Origin: Phoronis australis
Lineage: Eukaryota; Animalia; Phoronida
Assembly (NCBI GenBank): GCA_002633005.1
Contig: NMRA01000018.1
Location: 1,003,531-1,067,530 of the forward strand
DNA: 64,000 nucleotides
Direction of reading: 5' to 3'
Below the pieces are notes generated by a model, which was given only the letters and a program-made list of their open reading frames with translations, was not told where the DNA came from and searched no databases. The position numbers and the translations under genes are program-made. This document shows, in pieces, positions 36,512-49,300 of the stretch. Positions within the stretch are counted from its first letter, which is position 1. Every line of letters begins with the position of its first letter.

Positions 36512-37792
36512 ATGGTTTTATTTCAATTTACCTGAGTAATAAGACAACAATCTCGAATTTTAACAAGAGCACAAGTCACTCGATCTCGTGTTGTTCACTT
36601 TATAATGAAATAATTGTAATCCGATATCCAAGCCTTGCTCCTCAAATAGATTCCAAGCAGCTCCTCTAGCACGTTCTCAAATGACAAAATTATATGACAA
36701 TTACACCGGTGACAACCCCATAATAGGCCACCAGTGACACACGGCTACATCGTAATGTACACGATGACGTCAAACGGAAATGGACGAACTTTTGTATCGA
36801 ATAAGCATGAATATTAATCTGAATTATGTTACGTAAATCCGTTAAACGCATATACAATCAGGATTGCGCTTGTCAAAGTTTCTTTTATGTTGCTACAATT
36901 TCAATAAAAACTGAGGCGGATCCCTGGGATTTACTACAGTACACTTACCTAATTAGGACAGATCCATGTATGAAAAAAACAAGATTGATCCACAGCACAT
37001 AAAAAACAAGACACTGGCAGGTCCCGCAGGTGACAGACATCTGCTTCAGTATCTTTTCCGATGATTACGAACAATGATCCGCCATACCGTAAAGCGGAAT
37101 TGGCTGTTCATNATGGTTTTATTTCAATTTACCTGAGTAATAAGACAACAATCTCGAATTTTAACAAGAGCACAAGTCACTCGATCTCGTGTTGTTCACT
37201 TTATAATGAAATAATTGTAATCCGATATCGGCATTGCCAGTCTAAGTTAAATCCAAGCCTTGCTCCTCAAATAGATTCCAAGCAGCTCCTCTAGCACGTT
37301 CTCAAATGACAAAATTATATGACAATTACACCCGTGACAACCCCATAATAGGCCACCAGTGACACACGGCTACATGGAATTATAGTCTTGACTTCACTTT
37401 GAGACAATATTTTGGCCTATTACGCACTATGTTCGTAATGTACACGATGACGTCAAACGGTAATGGACGAACTTTGTATCGAATAAGCACGAATATTAAT
37501 CTGAATTATGTTACGTAAATCCGTTAAACGCATATACAATCAGGATTGCGACTGTCAAAGTTTCTTTTACGTTGCTACAATTTCATTAAAAACTGAGGCG
37601 GATCCCTGGGATTTACTACAGTACACTGACCTAATTAGGACAGATCCATGTATGAAAAAAACAAGATTGATCCACAGCACATAGAAAACAAGACACTGGC
37701 AGGTCCCGCAGGTGACAGACATCTGCTTCAGTATCTTTTCCGATGATTACGAACAATGATCCGCCATACCGTAAAGCGGAATTGGCTGTTCA
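36512..37792. repeat. ~0.6-kb tandem duplication across the N at 37112 (probable haplotype overlap artefact)
   Basis: 36512-37111 and 37113-37792 are near identical; the second copy has two extra insertions (~24 and ~58 bp). Confidence 0.85.
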
Positions 37793-38676
37793 TGCGTTAA
37801 ACGTTCACTAATTGCTCACTCACAACAGATCACCCTGATGTCAAGGTGAAATAGCAATCTCAATCTGCCAATTCTGAGTTTTTCGATACTTGTTTTTCCC
37901 ACACGACGATGTACCCTACAATGGTTATAAGGATATCTCAAAATTCACAAAATTTGTCCATTTTTACAATATTTCACGTCGGCCCTATGTCTAGCAAAAT
38001 ACCTTATCTTCATTCTCGCTGAACTTCAAATACGAAATACATACGATGTAGCCAGAAAAAAAGATTTAGCAGAACCGGTTTGGAACCACACCGTCCCGTG
38101 GAAATTTGTTTACTGTGCATCCGAGGTCAGTTACAGGACTGTCACTCAAGTAGAACCTCCCGCTAGGTACAGAGCAGCTTCGTTTGTATACCCTCATCGG
38201 TGTCCTTTTATTCAACGGTTCGCCATATTGAGTTAACGAGGACAGGTGCCGGGGAAAACATAGCCAAAACGTTGTTTTGATCCTGAGGGAGTTGAGCGTC
38301 TACAGGCATACGACCGTCTGAGAATAAATGCTCCGAGTCCGGCGCCTCACTGACGCCTCTGTGACTCTGTGGTCGTGACGAAAACAGCAAGTTGTGAAAA
38401 GAGATAAATTTTTCACCCAAATTCCTTATTTCTATAGGTAATCTGACATTTCGCTGTTTTGATCTCATGCTAGACTCGGTTCCTGTTATCCATTTCTTAC
38501 TTGGTTTCGTATCAGTCCCCCGGCTCGTGGCCGTGCATAAAATCGTGAACTGTTGTCCTACTTATAAATCAACGGTTTACTGACCAGTAACTATGGCCAG
38601 GCAAGCAGAACTTGATTTCGATTACATGTTTTAGAAAATTCTTAGTCACTCCACGCTATATAATGGTTGGTTGTGA

Positions 38677-38808
38677 ATTTCCTATAGGGAATCCTATAGG
38701 AATTCCTATAGGGTTTCCTATAGGAATCAAATTGGATTTTGGCCCTATATCTCATGGTAGGATTCCTATAGGATTTCCTATTGGACCTTATGGGATTTCC
38801 TATTGGAT
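38677..38808. repeat. Palindromic (TTCCTATAGGAA)n-like short repeat
   Basis: Repeated cctatagg units on a ~12-bp period. Confidence 0.8.
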
Positions 38809-38831
38809 CCAAAGAACTTTAGACCTGCCTC

Positions 38832-38972
38832 CCGTTCAGTAACGCTAGGACCTCGCTAAAAAGAAAGACTTCGTGGGATTACGTGAGTATTGCCATGTAT
38901 TTTGAATGACAACGCATGACTTTGGTTAGATTTTAGCTAGGTCCTAGCGTAATTCCTAGTGTTACTGAACGC
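38832..38972. mobile_element. Small MITE
   Basis: cgttcagtaacgctagga ... tcctagtgttactgaacg terminal inverted repeats. Confidence 0.6.
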
Positions 38973-39404
38973 ACGGCTCTGGAATGCCAACTTCGATCTT
39001 GCGCTGCTGAGGTCAGCGCCGAGCACGAGTGGGATTTGCATTTGTTAGTGTTAGTTCTTGCTACAGAATGTAAGGCTTGGGGTAGAGTGTTTGTCAGTAG
39101 AATTTAGTTTAGAATTGTTATCACCATCTATGTCTTTGGAATATTTTTGGATCTCAGTAATAGTCCCATAAGCATTGTCAAAGGATCATCTGCTTGCGAT
39201 TCCGCGGGAAGCCGGCTGTGGGTAATACCACTGCCTAGCTGCCAACGTAAAGTCATCCAGACGTATTACAGTAACTAAAGCTTACAGTTTTCTTAAAATA
39301 TGTCACATGATCAAATACTACCGGAGCTCTACCGATACCAAAATAATTCACCTACATTTGCAGCTCCTCACTTTTTCAACCGAATTGCACAAAACAAGTA
39401 AAAG

Positions 39405-41281
39405 ACAAATAATTCACTTAATAAATAATTATCATTTCGCATAACTTACAGGTGTAAAGCTTCATTTAATTCTAAAAAACGAGTGTTAACAAAATACGAA
39501 AAATGGCAACATAAAAAAGGAAATGAACCAGAGGGGTTGTATAAATAACCAAATCAGCAGTGAAATACTTTCAGGGATATAAAAGATTGTTACATAAGAC
39601 ACACATTTTAGAATGTGGATTCCTCACAGTTTCTGTGAAGTATTTAGTCAGGCATTAATCCAAACGTTTATATCTTTATACATTAATTGGATCTTTGGTG
39701 CCGTTGTAAAACAATAACATTCTTCTGTAAAATTTTAGGATGACATTTACAAAAGTGGTAAACTAAATATATTGCAGATAAGGGTTATTTTGAAAACTAT
39801 TGCATAATTATTTGTTCAGAACACAATTGAGAATGAAAAATACTCAGTGGAGAACTGGACGGAAAGGTGGGACTCCCGGACACTAGAAAACAGGACAAAG
39901 GTGTTCAGTTGATCTAAACGCGCCCATCGGGTATTTTTTTGTTTCTCAGTCGAATGGAAAATTCCGGGTGCCCTCAAAACCCATGAAACGTACCGTTTCA
40001 ATAGAACGCAACCCGGGAAAATAGAGCTATGTTGCATGGTAAATGTCAATTTCTCCATTTGTCAAAAAGGCGGGATGGTGACGAGGCAGGATTGTCAGGA
40101 AAAATCAAAAAAGTCGGAGATGATGAGTCCACCAAGAGCGGGCAATTGAAGTACAATGTAAGCTAATATAAGCATTGGCTTGCATTCTTTTGGTATACTA
40201 GTTAAATACTACAAATAACATTTTTCTGCCTTCAGCACGCAAGGCACACGGCCACACGGCCCGCACACACGCACACGCACACGCACACGCACACGCACAC
40301 ACACATGAACACACAGACTTTACATGGGTGGTGCACCATAAGGGACTGGGCGGGCTNACAAATAATTCACTTAATAAATAATTATCATTTCGCATAACTT
40401 ACAGGTGTAAAGCTTCACTTAATTCTAAAAAACGAGTGTTAACAAAATACGAAAAATAATCTAGTGCAATGGCAACTTAAAAAAGGAAATGAACCAGAGA
40501 GGTTGTATAAATAACCAAATGAGCAGTGAAATACTTTCAGTGATATAAAAGATTGTTACATAAGACACACATTTTAGAATGTGGATTCCTCACAGTTGCT
40601 GTGAAGTATTTAGTCAGGCATTAATCCAAACTTTTATATCTTTATACATTAATTGGATCTTTGGTGCCGTTGTAAAACAATAACATTCTTCTGTAAAATT
40701 TTAGGATGACATTTACAAAAGTGGTAAACTAAATATATTGCAGATAAGGGTTATTTTGAAAACTTTTGCATAATTAATTGTTCAGAACACAATTGAGAAT
40801 GAAAAATACTGGAGAACTGGACTGAAAAGTGGAACTCCCGGACACTAGAAAACAGGACAAAGGTGTTCAGTTGATCTAAACGCGCCCTTCGGGTATTTTT
40901 TTGTTTCTCAGTCGAATGGAAAATTCCGGGTGCCCTCAAAACCCATGAAACGTACCGTTTTCTTCTTTTCAATAGAACGGGAAAATAGAGCTATGTTGCA
41001 TGGTAAATGTCAATTTCTCCATTTGTCAAAAAGGCGGGATGGTGACGAGGCAGGATTGTGGAAAAAATCAAAAAAGTCGGAGATGATGAGTCCACCAAGA
41101 GCGGGCAAGTACAATGTAAGCTAATATAAGCATTGGCTTGCATTCTTTTGGTATACTAGTTAAATACTACAAATAACATTTTTCTGCCTTCAGCACGCAA
41201 GGCACACGGCCACACGGCCCGCACACACGCACACGCACACGCACACGCACACGCACACACACATGAACACACAGACTTTAC
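39405..41281. repeat. ~0.92-kb tandem duplication around the Ns at 40357 and 41282 (probable assembly artefact), ending in (GCACAC)n
   Basis: 39405-40323 and 40358-41281 are near identical with small indels. Confidence 0.85.
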
Positions 41282-42040
41282 NCTTTTTTCAGTGCTGCGC
41301 CGCCCCATGCTTTATATACTATCAGATGCAATTAAATACTCAAATGTTACCTTAAGGCACAACTGTTAGAAGGGCCTTAACTTTTTATTTATCCTGCAAA
41401 ACAAACACTAAGAAACCAAACGTGGCGTAAAATACTGTAAAACGATGTTCACCCAGTCCAATGTAGGGGCCTAGTGTGACAGCTCGTTTGTCCCAATCGG
41501 GAGCTAAAAATATATCAGAGTCAAGACTACTTCCGGCATCCAGCCTAGTGAGACACAACTACATGCATAAAAAAGAACGCGTTTTCACTGACACGGCGGG
41601 GTGAGCTAAGGACCGTTAGCTGCTAAGGTCAATAGCGAGGGCAGCCCTACTTCATTTGTCGTTTTTGAAGGGTCATTTCCCGAACTTCCGCCCAAGGACC
41701 TATGTTTGTAATCTTCCATCAAAATAAAAATGTTGATTTCTAGGTTTGGAGCACAGAAATCGACTAGATTCAATTTCTATGATTCCGTCGGACGGCAAGA
41801 GTTTCAGTTCCCCGGCCATTGCTCAATGTTATGATGATCCCGCTAAAATACACCACCGACTCTTACACTGAAATAAACAGAGCTGTATTGATAAAGAAGA
41901 GCCAATATCAGTAGAACTTGTAACGTAAACGGCTAGCCGAAACTTTTGGCCTTTGTATGAATATTAGGTAGAATTTACCGATCTTAATTTGATTTTATTC
42001 GAAATATTTCGATACACAAACAGGATATCATAGATAGCGC

Positions 42041-43037
42041 CATTTTTAAGTTGAGGATTGTTGACGACGCAAACTTAATGAAAGGTAGGCTACAGTTCTG
42101 AGTTGCGCATGGTATTTTGCGTAAAGGCTTCGTAAATTTGCAATGCATGTTGCGCGTACTGCACGCATACAAAGTAAAAATCGAACCCCATTCAGGGCTC
42201 GACGCTATTAAAATCGCCAGGTCGCATTTTGCGACCTAGCCTCCTAGCCAAAATCATGTCCTATTTTCAAAATCCAGCTCGCATTCATAAATGCCAGGTA
42301 GCAAAATTTTCTCGCCATTTTTCCCCGCCAAAATGATTTTTTATATCATCGACAAAATGTTTAGATTATGCTCTTACCTGCAGCGCTAAATACTCACAAA
42401 TTTCAGATCGCAAAATTGACTTCATTCATGCAGGTACGGCGTTCTTCACGACCGCCATTGAAAGGCTCTAGAGCGCAAGGCAAGTTGCCGACGTGAAAGT
42501 TGAATCAGTGCTATCTAACTGACACGTGCATTCGAGTANCATTTTTAAGTTGAGGATTGTTGACGACGCAAACTGAATGAAAGGTAGGCTACAGTTCTGA
42601 GTTGCGCATGGTATTTTGCGTAAAGGCTTCGTAAATTTTCAATGCATGTTGCGCGTACTGCACGCATACAAAGTAAAAATTGAACCCCATTCAGGGCTCG
42701 ACGCTATTAAAATCGCCAGGTCGCATTTTGCGACCTAGCCAAAATCCCATGGCATGTCCCATTTTCAAAATCCAGCTCGCATTCATAAATGCCAGGTCGC
42801 AAAATTTTCTCGCCATTTTTCCCCGCCAAAATGATTTTTTATATCATCGACAAAATGTTTAGATTATGCTTTTACCTGCAGCGCTAAATACTCACAAATT
42901 TCAGATCGCAAAATTGACTTCATTCATGCAGGTACGGCGTTCTTCACGACCGCCATTGAAAGGCTCTAGAGCGCAAGGCAAGTTGCCGACGTGAAAGTTG
43001 AATCAGTGCTATCTAACTGACACGTGCATTCGAGTAG
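42041..43037. repeat. ~0.5-kb tandem duplication across the N at 42539 (probable assembly artefact)
   Basis: 42041-42538 and 42540-43037 are near identical; duplicates the left end of the hAT-like element. Confidence 0.85.
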
Positions 43038-44348
43038 CTAAATTTTCTACGTGAAAAGGAAGAAAATGCCCGTTGAAAAAGTATTTTGCTAGGTCTGATC
43101 TGCTACTGGCTTTCATCAAAGTCATTAAACAACCAAAATCACTCGGAGTTCAAATTCTCTCCACTGTTTGTTCGCAGCCCAAATTTTGCCATTTAACTCG
43201 ATGTTTGAAAAACATCAGTCGAAAAAATCCGTGAAACGATGCACTAACCGAATGACCTATTTGGATGCTCGGGAACAGTTCAGTCATCAGTGCAAATTTC
43301 ACAACAAAAATGTGGTACTTGTGCTATTTACGTACTCAACAATTAGTTTTCCATGAAATCAATAGCCTTGAAATAATTCCCGACTCCTTGCGCGCGGGTT
43401 TCCATGGGGTATTGGTGAGTTTGCTCCTCAATACCTTCCAAGTACAGGAAAAATAGATGAGTCACAAAACGATACGCATGTCAGTAGTGATAACTTTCTT
43501 TCGGAGGTATAAAACAAAGCCAAATTGGGCCCAAGCCCCTCCCTGGTAAAATGAGAGTGACACACCGTATAGGCTGCATGTTAATTTTAAACAACGCGCG
43601 GTCGTTTGTAGTGTGCTATGATGGGCGCTAGCCTGAACCGTGGGTGCTTAATTGGAAATTCTCAAAAGTTGAGGGGGAACGCTTAGTAGATCAGTGAGCG
43701 CTTATGAAACACTTCAAGGGTAGGGAGTGGACTTGTGCGTGAGCATTAGTCGTTAACCTGATCAAGTGTTTGCGATGATAAGATATTAAAAGACTGCAAC
43801 GTTCAGAAACGTTATAATAATACGATGTTGCGAAGTAAACTCCATCTACTAGGGGTGACTTTCTGGATATCGTTACCACCTAAATAAACGTATTTGTCCA
43901 CCACAAAGTTTGGTAAGTTGATTGCTTAAGAATTCGAAGAAACGCCGCTGTTTTGTGACGTTTTTTCACGTGTTGTGCAGTGGCAGAAATTTTCTTCGGC
44001 TAATCCGGAAACTTGCAAAATTGGCCGAAAATGTTAGCCAATGAAACGCGTCAAAGATCGATTCTTCATATCTCATATTTACGTGACTTGCTTACAAGTC
44101 ATCGGGAGGGCTGTTCTCGGTGAGTGTTCGTTTGAACTTGGATTTGGTAACAACAAAATAACGTTCGGATTAACAAGAGTTGCTTTATATTTGCCAGGTA
44201 TCTGCCGGGAAGTGTAAAAACTCAGCTCGCATTCGTTGGAAATTCCAGGTCGCATTTTGCGACTTGATATGAGATGACAAAAATCTCAGCTCGCATTTCC
44301 AAATTTCAGGTCGCAAATGCGACCTGCAGCTCGTTATGTCGAGCCCTG
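42692..44348. mobile_element. Non-autonomous hAT-like DNA transposon (1.66 kb) with 5-bp TSD
   Basis: TIR CAGGGCTCGAC...GTCGAGCCCTG, flanked by CCATT on both sides; subterminal ggtcgcattttgcgacc repeats; no transposase ORF. Confidence 0.85.
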
Positions 44349-44437
44349 CCATTGAAACTGAAGTGATTTATTACCATTCACTGATGGCAGATTCAGTAAA
44401 GATTCAGGCTGTTTCGTCGCTTGCCGTGGCTGTGATC

Positions 44438-45262
44438 TACAGTCAAGTGACCTAATTATCGGACGTCTTGGCACATTTTGCATTATATTTGATTGAAAAT
44501 ACTACGAATTGTTGTAAAATCTTTGCTGAAATAAAGACTTACCTTTATGGAATTGTTGTGTTACTATATCTTGTCACCGAAATCCACATTTATGTTCCAA
44601 CTGAACTTTAAAAAACACAACAAGCAAACCTTCGGAGAACCTAAATATCGGACACCATGTTTCCCCATACGCCACACCGCGAAAAACTGAATAACCAAGT
44701 AATGGCTGCGGGCACCTTGTAGCCAAATTCCAGCTCAAGTGTTCTGATATATATGCTGATAGAACACAGCTCCGTTCGCAACAAAATTATCCATAAAATG
44801 AAATCTGATGACAGCACCAAGTTGTTTCAATGAATCAGTGCAGACAACTAAAGCACGTGCAAACTTACTGCAGTTTTTAGTATCTCTTTGCCTTCTTGAT
44901 ATGACACACGCACGTGCACGGCTGGGGTTTGACTTGGGTTTAAAAACAAACGAAAAAATGAAACAGTGACATATTGTCAGTTCACTGAGATGATTTCACT
45001 GTGGAAAAAGATTTTGTTTTCAACTTTTATAACCGATTTATGCAATCGTCCATTTTAGGCCGACTTGGGGGTCTAAATTGCACCCTCTCTCGGTGAAACG
45101 AAAAAGAGGCAACGCTATAAAAAAATGAGACGGTGCTGGACATTGAATGCATTACAGCGGAGCAAAAGTTGGTGTCATTTATTTTTGAGATTATGCCTCA
45201 AATAAGATTTTATGTAATGTCCGATAGTTAGGGTTCGTCTGATAATTAGGTACACTATGTGT
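44438..45262. mobile_element. Degenerate Tc1/pogo-like non-autonomous element
   Basis: tacagtcaagtgacctaattatcggac at the left end; gtctgataattaggtacac (inverted) at the right end. Confidence 0.45.
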
Positions 45263-45790
45263 ATGCATCATCGAAGATATGTGTAGAAGCAGAAAGGATC
45301 TCTGAAGCACATTTTTAAGTGATTGTTTTAAGTGAAGAATGTATTTTTGATGAGGTGAAAACTCTTAATTGGTAAGTGGATTTTGCCTACCACCCGTTTA
45401 CAATACAGGGGATGAAATTAGTACAGAAAGCAATGGGAAGTATTGTAGCCCCTAACCGGCCAACATGTTGCCTATGATCTGGTAGGCCTACTTTAAGATG
45501 TAGCCGGCCTAGCTGTATGAAGACAAACGTCAAAGTACAGCTAGGAACTTCCCTGTGGTAATTTCACATTAGGCAACATGTAGCCCCTCAGCTGACTGTC
45601 TAGGGTCTGCAATACTCCCCATTGCTTTCTATACTTATTTCATCCCATGTGTTTTAAACGAGTGGTAGGCCAAATCCACCCTCTGAAAAAGAAGTTTTTA
45701 CTTCGTCAAACATACATTTTCACTTAAAATGTTTACTTTCTTCAGTGATCTTTTCTGGTTCTATTCATATCTTCAATGAAGCATGTCTAC
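45262..45790. mobile_element. Foldback/MITE with ~190-bp imperfect inverted arms
   Basis: gaagatatg..gtggattttgcctaccac..gaaagcaatgggaagtattg mirrored by caatactccccattgctttc..gtggtaggccaaatccac..catatcttc. Confidence 0.7.
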
Positions 45791-46340
45791 AGGAGTTAAG
45801 ATGACTTTGACAAAGAATTCCAACTCCATTTTTGGTTGTCGTTATTTTTTTCAGGGTGTGCAATAACCTCAAATGTATTTCAACTGACATCTTGTGAGTT
45901 AAGCAAGGACAAGCGCAAGTGCGAGACTACGCGAAGCACGTGACCTTGCGCGTGGCACAAGTGCAAAAGGTAGCATGGGAATGTATCGGGTAGAATTTGC
46001 AAGATTTTGTCCCTTGGACTTTTTGTTCGTCAGCAGGCTAGATTTTGTATAACTTCCTTAAAATGACACCTGTTGAGGGAAGCATGAGTATACTGCGACA
46101 GATTTTCATGGATATGTTCAAATTGTGTTGCGACTTTTCTAGGGGAATGTTAATTTACTCAAAATGGCCTCTGTATTCTGCTTGATCACTGACCACCGTA
46201 TTTACATTAAAAGTTTAAGGAAGTGCTTGAAACTTATTTTCATAATCCTCTTACAAAGCAGTAGTGATTGTAGCATTTTTCCTGATTGAGTGGATTGTGT
46301 TCAATACATGTATGAAAATTGTGTTTCAGTCCTTTCGTAA

Positions 46341-49300
46341 ATGCCGGAAAGTATGAGCCATCCTATAGATTCTTCGTTTGAACCATCCAACCAGGAGTTA
46401 TGCTTCATCGATGCTAGCATAAAATCTCTGCATGATGTGCCGCTGCCTAAGCAGTTAAAAAGTATCAACTTACACTCGAATGCCATCGAAGAAATTACAA
46501 ATCTTGGCCATCTCTCTGGTCTCAGACATTTGGACCTGTCGTCAAATCGCCTACGACGCATGACTGGACTGGAGAGTTTGACCTCACTGAGGACGTTGAA
46601 TCTGTCCAGTAACTTCATTACATTGGTGGAAGGTCTAATGACACTAAGGCAAGTGATCTTTTCTCGTTTTTCGTGCTGTAAACATGGGAATGATCGCGGA
46701 ACCTTACTGTTATTGTGAGGGCCCTTCAATTTATTAGAATATGACGGATTTGTGGATTTTTATTTCGAACGATTTCTCAGAAAAAGTAAATTTGAGAAAA
46801 AGTTAATTTCTTCGTTAACAGGGTTTGTATTGATTGGCTATCATAGAGAAAAACTTCAGTAATATTTAAGTATTGTAACAATTTCATCGGTGTTGAAAAT
46901 CGGAGGAATTGGTATTTTAGTTTTACAAAAGTAGAGAGATTATCGAATCGCTAAAGCTTCGGTTCCATATCACCTAATACTTGTACAGGTAAGTGTTAAG
47001 TGAAATGAAGAAATCTACTCCCACACAAAGCCTGTAAAGCAAGACCTAGCACGATGTTATGTAACATCAGTTTCAACATTCGTGCTCAATTGAGAGGTTA
47101 CAGCATGCAACTGAATTGGAACAGCCACATTTTGGAAGGACCAAAAACAGAATGCAGGTGACCTGATGCCTTTTGTGGTACATCAGGCGTGTTTAGGCCA
47201 CTAGGCTGGGCCCATTACATTTGGAAGAACTAGGTAGCCCTGTGATTTGCTATGCACAGGGTTTTTGTAATGGCAAAGGAAATACAGTTTTATCAGTGAT
47301 ACACAGAAACTCACCCAAGCAATTGAATTTTCTTGATTATGGAATTTGGGACAAAGGCAGTTTTGGCATTCACTGTATTTCTCAAATTTCAGACTACGTG
47401 TTTTAATCTACAGAGCGGGAAATTTTGCTGTATTTCTGGTGATTCTTGGATTTGGGACTGCCAATATTGTCTATTTCTAGGGACACACTCTGACCTTGAG
47501 CAAAATTATTAATTTTCATTGACCCAAAATGGAGAATTTTTACCATAACTTGCCATTTAAAATAACCAAAACCAAAACAAATGCTTCCACCTGAAATATG
47601 GTCCGAAACCATGATTTGCAAAGGTGACTGCATGGGGCTTGGAGGAGGTGCCATCGTTTTTTGTGTTCTATGTAATAAATTTGCGTGTTCATATTTTGAG
47701 TGGAAGGAGGTCGTTCTATAAATGATTTGCATGTCTTCATTGTGTGGAGCATGATTTTCTTTAATTTCAATATTTGAATTTACTGGAAAAAATGTTTTAC
47801 ATTTCATTAACCACCACCTAAAACTTTGGTCCTGGAATGAAATCAATTATTGAGTGAGCCTACTTGAAGCCCATATTTTACATGTTCTGTTTTTCAGCCA
47901 ACTTGGTAATTGCTTTAAGATTTGACTGAAACTGAAGTGACAGTGAGCTCATACTATTGATGCAGGTAGTCTGGTATTGACAGTGAGCTCACTTCTGTTG
48001 ATGTAGGCAGTCTGGTACACGTTGTACCAAACATGCGCTGGCCGCTCAGGTGGGCAGATTGCACAGATTACCTGCAACCATTTTTATGCTTTAGTAATTT
48101 ATAGTTAAAACAGAACTGAGGAGCTAGAGACCTGACTTAAGAGTCTAGCAGTGTAACCTTGTGGGACTTAGAAAAATGAGATGCCGTTGTGTTTTCATTG
48201 TCAAATGCAAACTTTTAGGTCAGGCTTACTTTTCTCCTTGTCCATTTTCAGAAGTCTTCAAAAGATCTATCTGTCGTATAACAACATCGAGGATTTATCA
48301 GGATTCCGTGAATGCGGTGCTGAACATGAACTTCAGTATGTTGAGCTTCAGGGAAATCGTGTCAGCTCACTGCACCATGTGACCGAGTGCTTCAGGAGGT
48401 GCTCACGACTCACGCATTTGGTGTTGCAGCAGGGGTCCTGTGACAATCCAGTCTGCAAGGTTGATTGTAAGTAAGACAACTCACTTCACTGTGATTTTGT
48501 GATCCCAATATTGAGCACAAGCTATTTGGTTCCATTTCAACTTTCTTGAGACGAATCAAGACTTGCTCTTAAAGAAACTTAATATGTAATATTTAAGAAA
48601 TTCCTTAAGCGCACAGTTGAATTACCTACTGAACACTATGGCTTATGAGTACGTGGTTCTGATTTCTGGCAAGTTAAAATTGAAATTCCAAAGACTTGTT
48701 GCTAAGTTTCTGTTATAATACTGTATAAAGGCAATCGTGCTATTTGTACACAAAAAACCTCTAATAATCATTAAAAAGTGATCTTGTAGCTACAAGTGTC
48801 GGCAAAATTTGAACAAATCCAACAGTGTTTCAACTGCGGCTTGTCGAGAACGTCCACCATTCCCAAGGTACAATTCAAGAAAGACAGCAAGCTTTGGTGG
48901 CTGGATATGAAACATAATCAGCTGTACACTGCTTAGGTAAAACACTGAGGAATGCGGAAGAAACCTTGGCCTAGCATGAACAACATTGTCAGAGACTTGC
49001 AGAGCCTGTGCGTGAAGCATTGGCTTGATGTGAATTACACAAATGGCTTCCTTCAATTTCAGTCAAGACTTGCCTTTCTTGAATGTAGCCTTGAGCATGG
49101 TGGTCGTTCCTGCCGAAACGGGTCGCAATTGAAATCACGTCATTTTTATTCTCTTTAAATCCTGGTGCTGTACCATCTTTGATAACAGTTGTTTTGTGGT
49201 GGAGCCCCATTATATTTCTTTAATACAGCAAGCTCGTATTCCTAATTATATTTGATAACACTATGGACCATATTGAGTTCAGTGATTTTTTCCCCGTGCC

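Noticed and set aside
36512-43037. Genuine segmental tandem duplications
   Set aside because: Each junction coincides with an N gap, the typical signature of unmerged haplotype overlaps.
46301-46729. 142-aa minus-strand ORF
   Set aside because: Antisense shadow of LRRCC1 coding exon 1.
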